A stretch of DNA of 64,000 nucleotides from Cystobasidiomycetes sp. EMM_F5 (lineage: Eukaryota): NCBI GenBank assembly GCA_051047955.1, contig JBPGPT010000013.1:310001-374000 (forward strand). Reading direction: 5' to 3'. Shown here piece after piece: positions 1-12,275 of this stretch. Position 1 is the first letter of the stretch. Each line of letters starts with the position of its first letter. The position numbers were made by a program, and so were the translations under genes. The notes under the pieces are model-generated. The model did not search any database, was not told the DNA's origin, and saw only the letters and a list, made by a program, of their open reading frames with translations.

Positions 1-924
1 ACTGGACGTTTGTCCTTTGAAGAGCCAGGGAAGCCGCGCACCAAGATTGGGATACAGTAACTACTGTGTCGAAACCGACTGTACGAGAGTGGGAATGTGA
101 CGGAAACGCCCATTGTGCGAAATGCCAGATCTCGCCCGAAACTTGTTCACATGGTCCGTCGACATGCGGATTTTTGCGGATGCTCCGCTAGTCTGGCGTC
201 GTGATGCGACTGCACTGGCTCGGGCTAGGCCAGACTGATATTCCGGATTGATTGAGTTGCGTAAGGTGTCTCGTCAGCATCCCGTAAGCGCGACATCGTC
301 CTCAGAAGGCAACCCGGAGCAGTTAGAGCGAGTCCGAAGGTGTGTCTCAGCCCGCGAGCGTAAGCGACGATGCGACTAATGTGGAATGAATCATCTCCGC
401 AAGGCCATCACGACAAGTGTGGGAATTGGACGTAGTTGCAACGTCAGTTGTTTGGATTGCGATGAATGGGATTCCTTGGGCCATTTCGCAGGCGGCTACA
501 GCGTCGAGATGCGTCAAGGGGTCCGCGTCCTGTAGTCATGCCGGACTGATAGAATGCTATCATGCCATTCCGGTGCCAGTGTTCAGCTGGCTTCTTGGAT
601 CACGGCTGTTGTCAATCTCGTTGTAGCGATGCTGGCGAGCCTCGAGGAGGTCTGAGCGTCAGCTTTTGACATGCATCTTATGAAGGAGACGGTGAAGGAA
701 GCCATCAACAGTTGTTCTCGTCTGGCGGTGTTGGGTATCATCATATATGCAGAGGAGGGCGGAATAGGCAAAGACAAGGCAAACACACACACATCCATGG
801 ACAAATTTCTAGATCATTTCGATAATGCTACAGTACGGTACACGGCATCTATCACTAATGCGCAACGTCCAGAAATAGTCGCTGATAGCCTCAATAGCCA
901 TACTTTACTCGTCCTCGAAAACCC

Positions 925-2005
925 TCAGGCGAGGAGCAGCTGGTCCAGCGTCGAATTCATAAAATGCTCCAGATCTTCTTGTTCATCGTGTGCATGCTCG
1001 AGATGTGCAAGTTCGAGTCGATCGACCAACCCATCGCCCTCCAGCAAGGCGCACGAGCTTGTCGTCATGATGGACATTGTGCGGTCGATACGCACAATGA
1101 TACTTTGCGTCGCGGAATGACCAGGCTGCATCAATGGAGCCTTGGCAGGCGAGAAAGGCTCGCGCAGAGTTACTACCACGGTATCGTCCGCAGCTTCCCC
1201 GCTTTCGACAGTGGAAGCGAGAGACGGACTGCGAAAGCTGGGACTGTAGCTGTTTGGCTTGTTGTCGGCAATAGCACCGTCACCAACAATCATGGGCGAG
1301 GCACAATTGCTCGATACAAGTACGGGCGAGAAAGACTGGCTGCGTGGGAAAGGGCTGACCGCGACTAGAGGACATCGTTTCGCTGCAGTGTGACCGCTTA
1401 GCATCAATGGGCGATTCGTGCTGCTTGCATAGTGACTGAGAGAAATCAATGGCGGGCTGCTTGAAGAAGCATAAAGTCCGTTTGTCCCATCTAGGCCGAA
1501 GTGTAAGGGCGATTCATCCTTTCTCGTCCGACCACGCTCGCAAGAGTTGGAAAGCGATGTAGCCTCAGCAGACACACCCTTTGCGGAAGTTTCCGACACA
1601 AAGGGGTTGCGAAAAACGACGGAAGTGGAGTCGGCGATGGAGGATGCGGCTGACGAAAGGACCGGCGATCTCGTTGGCCATCGAGCAAAAGATGGGAAAG
1701 TACTGGTTGTATGAGTCTTATCGGAGTTATTTAGTAAAGGGATTCTCTCGGCTTTGGAGTCTTCGACGGCGGCTGCTTGTCCGCTGTGATTTGAAGGGTG
1801 TCCGCTGTCGGTACTGACAGATCTGACCATCTTCTTCTTTGGAGAGTCCCGCGTACTCTGCGAGGTGGTTCAGCCGACCATCCAATCCATCATCAATTGC
1901 GAAGCTTACCATTTTGCGCTTGTGAAGCATTCGAACCTTGTCCCAGAGGCTTGACCTACGGCGATCCGTGATGTCCGCTTGCGACTGCGGCACCGGTCTG
2001 ATCAT
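925..2005 (-). CDS. Hypothetical Ser/Pro-rich protein, 2 exons (start uncertain)
   Basis: A GT-AG intron at 1858-1909 (GTAAGC...CGCAG) joins ORF 1727..2005 to ORF 925..1830 in frame (HKRKM|STRDSPKKKMVRS). No domain recognised. Confidence 0.55.
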
Positions 2006-2474
2006 GGTATCGCAAGGTGGAATCCTGCAAGCCTGTATATAGCAAACACCCGTACCGATGAGTTTCGCTGAGTAGGAAAGAGCAGTACGTATGGCCCCGA
2101 CAGAGGCGGGCGTAAGCTAGAAATTCAGTGGATTCATGCAAACCCTCCAGCCTTGTTGAGCATGAAACGGGGCTGGCGCCTCTTGTACGTCAGCTGGTGA
2201 GCAAACCCTGCACGCAGTCAGAGTAGCCACTTTCACAAGGAGAAGCTTTCGGGCTGAAGTGGCTTCAGTTCGCCTTCAATATGTGGAAACAGTCTCTCGA
2301 GTGTAGAAAAGTCTTCGTGAACGCGGACGGCCAAGAGCAGTTCAAACGGGCTTCGAAAACTCCTTCATAGTCTCAGGACATGCTGTATGGCCTCATTGAC
2401 CAGCTCAAGTACTGGTTTGAATTTGCAGTACCGCTTTCGCTGTTTGTGCCGCTCTTGACGACCATTCTGCAACA

Positions 2475-4963
2475 ATGAAGACGAAATGCAAGGTCAAGAA
2501 GAGGTCTGGCGCTGCTGCTCTTCATGCTGGCGACGCGCGTCAAGCCAAGAAGGCGCGGTATATCGACGTCGCAGCTCAGCGTCTGCCATGGCAGCGGACA
2601 GCCGGTATCAGCTACGAGCTCGACGACTTTGCCAGCGGAGGTGACGGCGGCATGATGGAGCTCGAAGAGGTGGACGACGTCGATGTCGTGTGGGAAGCGA
2701 CGCCCGACGGCGGCAAGGTCGTCCGCTTCAAGGTGTGTTGAATGGATTTAACAGATGATATTCCGCAAAAGTACTTAGCAAAATTCTGCATCTCGCGACA
2801 CAGATGAAGCAGGACAAGCTCGAAGAGAAGGAGGCTACCTTGGAAGATGGCAACGACGAGCAAGATACCACGGACTTGTTGCACGAGGTTGAAGAATGGA
2901 CAGGCTTCTCGGATGGTGGCGAAGAGGATATCCACAAAATAGACAACAACAACGAAGCGCCCGTCGCAAGTACTTCACGCGGCGTCTCTCCATCTCAAGA
3001 TAAGCCAGCGGTTGACTTCGAGATCCCTTTCGACGGTGAGCCAATTCCATAAGCATACTCTGACGCAGGCTGAACAAGCCATGTAGACCAAATTATGCCC
3101 GAATACGAGGCTATCTATCTCTTGCCCTCACTCAAGCGTGGATTACATGCTTTGGGCTTCAACCAGCCTACCCGAGTTCAGCAGGAAGTGTTCAGTTCCG
3201 TCCTTGCTGAATCTAGGACGGTCCTCACACGAGATGTCGTATGTGTAGCAGAGACGGGGTCAGGCAAGACTCTCGCATACTCGATACCTATTCTACAAGA
3301 CATCCTGAACTTGACGCTGGCGGAAGGCCCAACATCAGCCAGACGTCCGATCTCTGCCCTTATTCTTTGTCCAACCCGAGAACTAGCTCTGCAGGTCCGT
3401 CAGCATATTGGTGACTTGGTATACCGGGCGTCTATTCCCCCACAACCGACGACAGATCTCACAACTCCAGCTCACAAGCCAATCAAACACATACCTCGCG
3501 TCAACATTGTCACCATCTGTGGTGGCATGTCTATTCAGAAGCAGAAAAGATTACTGACTGCACGTCATGGTGTCGACATCATTGTCGCTACTCCAGGTCG
3601 GTTATGGGATCTCATGCAAGACGATGTGGAATTAGCAAAACAGATCAAGGGCATCCGCTTCTTTGTCCTTGACGAAGCAGATCGAATGATTGAGAATGGT
3701 CATTTTGCTGAATTGGACAGTATAGCCGCATTACTCAAGCGCAAAGGCGGGCAAGCAAAACCCTCGGGTGGAAGGTCTCAATCATACGGCAAAGGCAAAG
3801 GCGCAGCAACCTCTGCCGACCCTGTAGACGATGCTTTTGAGGACGACTTTGAGAACCCTGCAGATTCGGTCGATGCAACAGAAGCCAGGGCGGATCTCCG
3901 TACGTATGTCTTCTCGGCCACCATGTCGAAGGAATTGCAAAACAACCTGAAGAGAATGGGAAATACAGGCGCACGCAAACATACCCAAGAGCATGGCGAT
4001 AAAGGGCACATGGGAGCCTTGGGAGATCTGCTGGCTAAACTGGACTTCAGAGACCCAGATCCGATGGTTGTCGACCTAACGACTGACAGCAAGACAGTAG
4101 CGACCCTGAAAGAAGTCGCCGTTGACTGTTTGCTGGCCGAAAAAGATGTGTATCTGTACTATTTTCTCCTTCGATACCCAGGTCGGACGTTGGTCTTCTT
4201 CTCATCGATTGACGCCATCCGGCGGCTTCAACCACTCTTGGCTTTGCTTGGGGTGAACAGTGCTGTACTACATTCAGGCATGCAGCAACGCGCGCGTCTC
4301 AAGGCGCTTGATCGGTTCAGAGAAGCGAATTTTATGGCACTGCTTGCCACTGATGTTGCCGCCCGTGGTCTCGATATTCCTGCTGTCGAACACGTCATTC
4401 ACTATCAATTACCCCGCACGGCCGATACATACATACATCGAAGTGGTCGTACGGCTCGAGCAGGAACAGAGGGAGTCAGCGTGCAGCTATGTGCGCCAGA
4501 GGAAAAGAATACTCAGCGCGCACTCATCAAGGCTCTAGGGCGTAGCGGTACCCTGAACGATTTGTCTGTAGATTTTTCTATACTCTCTAAGCTCAAAATT
4601 CGTATCGACCTGGCAAAGGAGATTGAGGTAGCGCAGCATCGCGCAGACAAAGCTTCTCACGAACAAAATTGGCTTCGCAAGGCAGCTGAAGATATGGAGA
4701 TTGCCTACGATTCCGGCGACGCGGACTCTGACCAAGGTCGAGGCGCTGCCAAGAGGAAAAGTGCGCATGCAAAATCGAAAGAGGCGGAGTTGAAGAGCCG
4801 CTTGAAAGCGATGCTCGCGGAGCCTTTGATGAAGCGGGGCATCAGTGGCAAATACATCACTGCTGGCGGTATGTCCGCTCTGGCAAATGAGATGCTCAGC
4901 GGTCAAAGTCACAAGGTTCTGCTGGGCTTGAAACCAAGTAGAGCTGTCAATGATGTCAGATAG
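2475..4963 (+). CDS. MAK5: ATP-dependent DEAD-box RNA helicase Mak5/DDX24
   Basis: Exons 2475-2732, 2804-3035 and 3087-4963 join in frame. Motifs AETGSGKT, PTRELA, TPGRL, DEADRMIENGHF, SAT, ARGLD and HRSGRTAR. The N-terminal GGMMELEEVDDV segment is typical of Mak5. Confidence 0.92.
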
Positions 4964-5198
4964 GACATGCACGTTCAAATCTAATCTCACGTGGTCGAGG
5001 ACTGCGACTATTCTGATTAACCCTACACGTTGTGACGAAGTCGCCCTCATTGACCGTCTATATACATGCTGATGCGGATGGGAGAGACAGAAACATTGCT
5101 AACGAAATGCGAAAGAAGCAAAATTGACGATGAAACGATGCTACATGGGTAATAAATCCTCCAACTGACTGCGACGTGGATTTCATTGCGTGCTGTGG

Positions 5199-7217
5199 TC
5201 AAACCCACAAGGTCTGGGGTATCGGTTGCGTAGGCATTGAAGGCTGGGCGAAATGACTCTGAATATGAAGGCGGACGTCGGACTCGGTGCCAAAGTGGCA
5301 ATTGCAGCCCTGCAATAGGCAGCTATACATGCCCGGGCCGAGTTGGCTGAAGAGATTGCGTACCACCTCCTCCGACATCCAGGAAGGATTACTAATTTGG
5401 TATGTAGGCAGTGGAGGTAATGGAGCGGATGGGACAAAATACTGCTGCTGTTTGTGTTGCTGTCGGGACGAGAGGTTCTGGTGTGATGCGGAACGATGTA
5501 TTTGTTGCTGATGCTGAAGATTCTGCTGATGCAATTGCTGGTGGGACGATGATCGGACCAGATTCGGTTGTTGAACGAGCGGTACGCCTTGTCGCAGCTG
5601 GGTCTGCTGGTGGACCCGATTATCTGCAAACGGCGGCGGAGGTCGATGTTTGCCTCCACCAATCCTTCTCATATTCGCAATCGGCCGAGATTGATGAGTC
5701 GGCGAAGCCATTGGGGTAGTACTTTCCAGACCACCACTGAGACTGTGTTCCATCACGGGCGATAGCATGTCATCATCTCGCCGCCGCTTCAATTCGGGCG
5801 AAGAGATTGTGCTAAGCTTGCGAAGCCGACTAGGAGATGCAGGACAATCTGGTAGGTTTGAGATGGACGGGCGAGCCTGAACGGCAATGTTACTTTTGGG
5901 TGACATCGGCGTTGGCGCGACTCGCCACGCTAGGGCCGATGCGTGAATGACAGGCTGTCGTCGATATGGCGATTGCGGCTGTGAAACGGCACTAGATGGC
6001 GTGGGCGGTACTGAGGAAATGGAGGGTCTGGGACTGTGCGTTGGCGTTTTGATTCCAGTATATCCGGCAGCAAGGCATGCAGTATCGATAGACAGCTCGT
6101 GAGCAGGTTGAAGTTGGCTTTGGGCCCGAGATAGCGGCTCTGTTTCAAAAGACGTATTTGAGGTACTGCTTTCACCGTAACTTAGAGTCGGTGAAGTCCC
6201 GGATCCAACATCTGAAGTCGGACTAGGCAGAGGCCCGGGGACAGCGGGGAATAAGTTGAGATTGAATTGGCCAAGATCAATCATAGGGTCTGAGAAGAGT
6301 GTATCTGCATCGGATATATTGCGTTCATGTGCCGCTTGCGCGTTGAAAGCCATACCGACACTAGCCAACATGCTTGTGAAGTCCTCTTGACCTCCGCCCA
6401 TATCGAAAGCTCCGCCTTCGACCATGCCCGCCTTGTTCAACTCGTCAAAGGAAAAGGGCATGTTCGATGGAGGTGTCGGCTGTGCTGATCCATCCGGTCC
6501 GTCTTCTGGCGTATTGAATGGTACTATCAGCGACGCCGCCTTATCTCCTGGAAACAGAGGTCCGAGCATGCTATCGATTTCTGCCAATGCAGATGTAATA
6601 GTTTGATCTCCCACAGTCGTAACGCTTGCCGAGCTACGACCCGTATCTTGATAAAACGTTGTGCCGGACGCCGCACTGCTGCTGCTTGCACCGTTACTCA
6701 AAGGCATTGAAGCAATCGGGCTAGTATGCAGTCTAGGCGTTGATATTGATGCGGCGGACCCAGTATCGAATTTCTCGTTGGTGGAGAAGTTTAGATAGTC
6801 GGACAATGGTTGGTCCCATGAAGCAAGATCCAGACTCGATGATCCATGAGGTACATCTAGTCCTGGAGAGGCTGCAAAGGAGAATGACGGCATCAATGTA
6901 CTGTCTCCAGCGTTGTCATTCAGGTAATCGAAGATGTTGTCGGAGGCGTGTTGTTGATGTAGGTTGACGCCATAGTCTGCACTTTCGAGGTCACCGACGA
7001 GTTTGGAGAGGCGAGCTTCGTACGAATCGTCTCCGACGGTATTGCTACCGCTATAGCCAGGACTAGTGACGACCACGGGAATGTCATTCAACGATGATGG
7101 AGAGGCGGGAAAGCCTTTTCCCGAGGATGGTACCGGGCTCGTAAGAAAGTTCTTGAGCTTGTTTTTCCACTTTGACACCCCTTTGCGCCCATCAAGCTGA
7201 GCCTGAGTATCGTGCAT
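5199..7217 (-). CDS. C2H2 zinc-finger transcription factor-like protein (single C-terminal finger)
   Basis: 672-aa ORF, S/P/Q-rich. C-terminal YSCLLQGCNCHFGTESDVRLHIQSH fits C-x4-C-x12-H-x3-H. Confidence 0.75.
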   Translation of the reverse strand: MHDTQAQLDGRKGVSKWKNKLKNFLTSPVPSSGKGFPASPSSLNDIPVVVTSPGYSGSNTVGDDSYEARLSKLVGDLESADYGVNLHQQHASDNIFDYLNDNAGDSTLMPSFSFAASPGLDVPHGSSSLDLASWDQPLSDYLNFSTNEKFDTGSAASISTPRLHTSPIASMPLSNGASSSSAASGTTFYQDTGRSSASVTTVGDQTITSALAEIDSMLGPLFPGDKAASLIVPFNTPEDGPDGSAQPTPPSNMPFSFDELNKAGMVEGGAFDMGGGQEDFTSMLASVGMAFNAQAAHERNISDADTLFSDPMIDLGQFNLNLFPAVPGPLPSPTSDVGSGTSPTLSYGESSTSNTSFETEPLSRAQSQLQPAHELSIDTACLAAGYTGIKTPTHSPRPSISSVPPTPSSAVSQPQSPYRRQPVIHASALAWRVAPTPMSPKSNIAVQARPSISNLPDCPASPSRLRKLSTISSPELKRRRDDDMLSPVMEHSLSGGLESTTPMASPTHQSRPIANMRRIGGGKHRPPPPFADNRVHQQTQLRQGVPLVQQPNLVRSSSHQQLHQQNLQHQQQIHRSASHQNLSSRQQHKQQQYFVPSAPLPPLPTYQISNPSWMSEEVVRNLFSQLGPGMYSCLLQGCNCHFGTESDVRLHIQSHFAQPSMPTQPIPQTLWV

Positions 7218-8157
7218 TGTCGAGTATGATGTGTGTCTAGTGAATTGAAATGCCCGATTCCGGAGAGGATATTACACAGGGAGATCACCCTGCCCTCCTT
7301 GGTGCAAGAGAGCAAGAGTGACGAGGTCCAACAGCTTCGTTGTGAGACATGGGAGAGTCAGTACGAGTTTGGCGGATTCTTGGAGATGGCTTACATTCAA
7401 AGTAGCGTTTGCAGATCGGTGCCAGGTATGATTCGTAGAGACCAGACGGTAGGCGCAGAAGCAGATTCGTCGCGGCGTTGCGAGCAGCCGATGTTGTAGC
7501 TTCAGCGTGGTCAGTGTCAGATTCGACGTGTCTGTCAAGGGCAGAGCTCTGTGGCGGCCACTTTGCCCACTGCCTGCCTTTCCGTCGATGGCATCCCGCC
7601 CCCTCTCTTCCTCGGCATGAAATATTTTTGCATGGTCAACATCCATTCCTTTGTTTTCTTTCTCGATCGTTTAAATCTTAAAGCAAAACAGGCACAAGAT
7701 TAGAAACTCGGCCGTGTCAAAAGTAGTCGCGTCTCGATTTGCTATACAAGACGCGTAAGCCATCTCACGGTTCGCAGAACAATAATTTCAGGCCAGCATA
7801 GCCGATTTCTGCGGAATGCCAGCTGCAGGAGAATACATTATATCAGCTTGCAAAGAGGCAATGCTGAAACGTGTGTTGGATGACTGGGCGAATGATGATA
7901 TGCATTGTCAGGTCGAGAATTGAGCTCTCAGGAGATAGGTAGTCGAGCGCCCCTCGACGGATCTCACCAAGCCATACGATGGGTAGCACATGTGGAGACC
8001 TGTGATAGTCAAAAAGGAAGAGATGTATCGACCAAGCTGTCCGCCTGAGTTGTATTGGCCTGTGTCGGATATTGCAGTCTCTGCGTTGCGCCCACTCCGA
8101 GCTCACCAGGCATCGCTCAATATACACCCGCTGCAACCAGCCCTTTACTATATCTGA

Positions 8158-9290
8158 ATGCAGCACCATGCCCTCGTCGTCGGAGGCTCTGGCTTTCTAG
8201 GCGAGCTGGCAGCATTGATGACTACTTTGCACCGTCGGCCGCACAACTGATCCTCCATATCCGTTCATTATTGAACGCAGGCTCGGCTGTGTGCAGAGCT
8301 TGTATCGCTCGGGGTTGGCACGTCGTCAGTCTGAGCAGAAACGGGGCGCCGTCAATCCGTGAAAAAGGTCGCCATTCGCAGTGGACGAGCAGAGTGAGCC
8401 AATGTTGCGGAGACTGACGCTTCGAAGCGACTTCTTACACGTATACCATCTGCTTGCACAACAGGTCGGATGGGTTAAAGGTTCCGCCTTTGACAATGCC
8501 ATCCTCAAAGATCTCCTGCCAAAAGCTACCGTCGTCATACATACCCTCGGCATTCTGCTCGAGTCTAACTACAAGTCGTCGGTCTCTGGGCTGGCCAGCG
8601 GGCTCGTCAAAGGCCTGGCAGAGAATTGGTCATCGTCCGCGTCTCGAGGAAATCCCCTAGCAACCAGCAAGAACCGCCCTTCGAGCACAGCCCCGCAAGC
8701 ATCCTCTGGACTGTACGAGCGCATCAACCGTGATTCGGCTATCAATGTGATGCAAGCGTACATCGCTAGTCGCTCGACCAGCACGACCGGTACTCCCTTC
8801 CAGACGGACAATCCATTCGTCTATGTCTCGGCAGCAGATGTCTTCAAGCCGTTTGTTCCTGAAAGATACATTACCACAAAGCGCGAAGCAGAGTCTCGTA
8901 TCCGGGAGCTGTGCGATCAAAACAGTTTGGCTCAGACTGACGACACACAGAGTATCAAGCCAGACTTTCGCCCAATTTTTGCTCGGCCGGGTAGGGCGCG
9001 GATCGATTACGAACAAGTACTGCACTGACTCCGTTACAGGCTATATGTACCATCCAGATATTCGACCAGCATCAGCTTTGCCGGCTGCGGCTCTACAGAT
9101 CTCTGCAGCTCTGCGTTCCTACCTACCCTTACCGAATGCGTTATCGAATCTGACGTCTACGCCACCCCTACACGTCGATGCCGTCGCGGACGCTATATGT
9201 AAAGCAATAGTCGAACCTGGCTTTCGCGGTCCCCTGTCGGTCCAAGAAATGACGGCCATGAACAAGCAAAGTCCGAATCATCCGGTGTAA
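8158..9290 (+). CDS. COQ11: Atypical SDR/NAD(P)-binding epimerase-like protein, Coq11-like
   Basis: Exons 8158-8200, 8281-8393, 8465-8990 and 9040-9290 give MQHHALVVGGSGFLGSAVCRA (GxxGxxG), VIHTLGIL, YERINRDSA, FVYVSAA, RYITTKREAE and RPGYMY. Intron 1 is GC-AG. Confidence 0.8.
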
Positions 9291-9768
9291 TGGGTACGAC
9301 GCAGGGCAGACGGAACGCGCAATCTCAATCTCATTGAGAAAGTCTTAGGTCTGACAACCTCGTCGACGTGATTGTACGGCTCGGGACTTATGCACACGCG
9401 AACAGCTCGGTGACAATGGCGGCTACGTCTGCAATCCTTGCTAAACTCAATAATGGTAATTGCCTCCTTGCGACCGAATATATGGGGTTGGTCATCTCTG
9501 ATCCCGTTTCGGTCATACTGTAGGTTCCGGAAACAGCTGTGGACAGCTGTGGTCGGCGCAGTGGACCCGCCGCGCCTCTGGACTCTCGCAAGGTGCTATC
9601 TAGTACAACTTCTCACCGCTGTCCGACTTCATTTGAGGCCGTGCATGCGATTTCGCACAATCCTGTCCCTATACCAGAACCAACGAGCGGAACTATCCTT
9701 TTTCCATTAATTATAATGCTTGACGATCCATCTCTGCACTGGCCGCCGCAGCTTGAGCGCTGCTCCCT

Positions 9769-11775
9769 TCAATTCTGACGGCTCTGTAGATGCACCATCA
9801 ATTGGGCACCGCAGGGTTGTGCGTTGAACGTGTCATTCTGGACAAACATATCATCCGTCATGCTCGCATCGAGTGTGGCATCAAAGCGGCGGAAGAAATT
9901 CGCAGCGATTTGGCACAACTCCATCATTGCCAAGCTACGGATAGTAACAATCAGTGACTGCACCCGTACATGACCTTGTAGACGTACTTGCGTCCGATGC
10001 ATGCTCGAGGACCGATGCCAAAGGGTATGAAGGCATCGTTCAGGTCGCAGCTTGCGTCATCCTTCAACCATCGCTCCGGGTCGAATTTATCTGGGTCTGG
10101 GAAGTACTGCGTATTATGATGCATGGTCCAGGCCGTGGTGAGAACCTCAGTCTGGTAGCATAGTTTCAGTAATCAGCTTGCCGACCGCTCAATCGACACC
10201 GACAGTGCTTACACCCGCTGGTATCTTGATACCTTCCATAACGCATTCTTCAGTTGTCACGCGAGGCTGTGAACCAATGATGGCAGGATAACGACGAAAA
10301 GTTTCCTTGAGGACTGCATTCAAGTAAGGCAAATGGGATGTTACCTGACACGATATGACGGCTTGGTCAGCTCTCGCAAGCGCAGAGTCACGCATTGGAC
10401 GTCAAGGACCTGGGCTCACAGAATAAGGCAGAAGACCTCCGTCTACGGCACCATCGGCAGCGCGAACTTCCTCCTCTAGCCTGGATTTGACTCGAGGATC
10501 GCGCAGTACTGCATAGATGAGTGTGACCATGGTGTTGGCTGTAGTCCCAGATCCGCCAAACCTGCATCGTACTGTATGGTCAGTGATGGCGGTATTAAGC
10601 GACAGAGAAGTAGAATTTACATCAAGCCCATGCCCTCCTCTGCCAGCTGACTATCATTCAGAAGTTTGCCAGTGAAGCTATCGGGCTCTTTCAGCATCTT
10701 GCTTAGATAGATCGTGTCAGCATCCGTCCGGCGTGCTTGCCGCACCACATCCAGGGAGAACTGCTTTCAACATCAGTCCACTGCTTAATGTCATTGACGA
10801 GAAGTGCTGACCGCCTTCCACGCCCGTAGATCAGCAAAACAGCGTCCCACAAAGCCAGGCATGTGATGTCCGAAGCGGTTGAGCCAATGCCCAAAGGTTT
10901 GACGGTATATAAAGGCCGGCTTCCAAGCCGCTAGGTAACGCATAGCAACGTGGGGCTCGCCCTTCTCCAGAATCTTTGCATCTACGTCGAATGCAAGAGC
11001 CATCTACCACTTTGTCAGCACGTTCGCTTCGGAATCGATGGAGAGCGCCTTACCATGACCTCAAACCCGATCCAATGGAGCCAAGGAAATACTGCAACGA
11101 CCTTTTCAGCCCAACTGCGTCAATCACGCGGATGCTTCTGAATCACGCACAATTCAGAGGCTGTCCCGAGCAGGCCCTACGATCCCATTGTCCGAGCAGC
11201 AACGCGACCTTTGTGTTCAGCGTGGGTTCGAATTCCGCCAACGCTTTCGCAGAAAAGGTGCGAGCTGCCAGCTTTCGGCGTGCAGCATGCTTTGCAGGAT
11301 CTCGCGTGCTGAATAGATGATCTTCTTGATACATTTTTCGAGCAGCGTAAAACTATACACAGGTAAGCGACCTACTGACTTCTTGATGTAGCCAGAAAAG
11401 ACCTACGTCTGATTTTGCAAAACCTTTGTGCGAGTACATCGTTTGCAGGACTGCGGGATTGGCAAAGGATAGCTCATTAGGTGCTACGCGGATTACGGGT
11501 CCGTACTTCTGATGCTCAGCAAGCATCAAATGAGCTCGGCGATATCGCCAGTCGGCACGCATCTTCCACAGTTGCGAAACTGCTGCGAGTCTAGGTCCAG
11601 GAACTTTTGCGAGCGGGTGAAGCCATATGCGGTACACGGCAACAATGATAGTCCATAGGATAGCAAGCTGGAAAAGCCATGCGAATAACTGGACTACCGA
11701 AGGTATAACCAGACCGGTACCTCCATGCGACAGCCTCAGAGCAAAATGCTGCGCAACTGAATTCATTGAATTCAT
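9769..11775 (-). CDS. Cytochrome P450 monooxygenase (about 8 exons)
   Basis: N-terminal TM plus [23 protein letters not shown]-helix KETFR (ExxR), FDPERW and heme motif [10 protein letters not shown]. All introns are GT-AG and join in frame. Confidence 0.93.
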
Positions 11776-12119
11776 GTTGTTCTGACGCTGTCCGGCTGAA
11801 TGGTATGCATCAGGATAGTCCGACGGAGCGACTGAAGATGACTGACAATTGTAAGCTAAAGTCGTGCGTTCGAGGCGAGATCCAAGTGATACAGACAGCA
11901 GCTGTCGTTGATACAGTCTTGAGTCGTAAGGACAACGTGCTTTGCTGCCTGCGACAGAATCATGGCCGCATGAGCTCTCCTCACACTCTGCCGAGTCGGG
12001 AGCGGGTATACGTCGGTATGCGACCCCGTCAGGCCGAGCTGCGTGAAACTCTACACCCAAATTAAGCTCCTCCGCAGTAGTTCCGCTTAGTCTCTCTGGA
12101 TGTGTAGGATGCTGTCTTT

Positions 12120-12175
12120 CCCCGGTTTCCCCGATTACCCCGATACCACCGCGCTTTTCCGCCTTGGAAACGGGG
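12120..12175. promoter_or_regulatory. Cluster of CCG/CGG half-sites (putative Zn2Cys6 binding sites) in the P450/MFS divergent promoter
   Basis: CCCCG at 12120, 12129 and 12138 (9-bp period), CCG at 12149 and 12159, and inverted CGGGG at 12171. Confidence 0.45.
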
Positions 12176-12275
12176 AACCCGCACGCCGCTGCAAGCATTG
12201 ATGTGGACCCCGACCTGATGCATCCCTCTTTCATAGCCTCTTTTCCGTATCAGGTGCTGGTGTCATATTTGGACC

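Noticed and set aside
1..900. Short ORFs and intron-like signals at the window edge
   Set aside because: I could not build a coherent reading frame or recognise a domain on either strand.
9291..9768. Possible gene relic between the COQ11-like and P450 genes
   Set aside because: Only short ORFs with no recognisable motif; most simply 3'UTR or spacer.
11222..11240. tRNA T-arm/B-box-like GGTTCGAATTCC
   Set aside because: It lies in a P450 coding exon on the opposite strand (AEFEPT), with no acceptor stem, D arm or anticodon arm.
11776..12234. N-terminal ~150-aa extension of the P450 in ORF 11353..12234
   Set aside because: It would cover nearly all of the divergent promoter. The membrane anchor follows the Met at 11775/11766, as expected for a P450.
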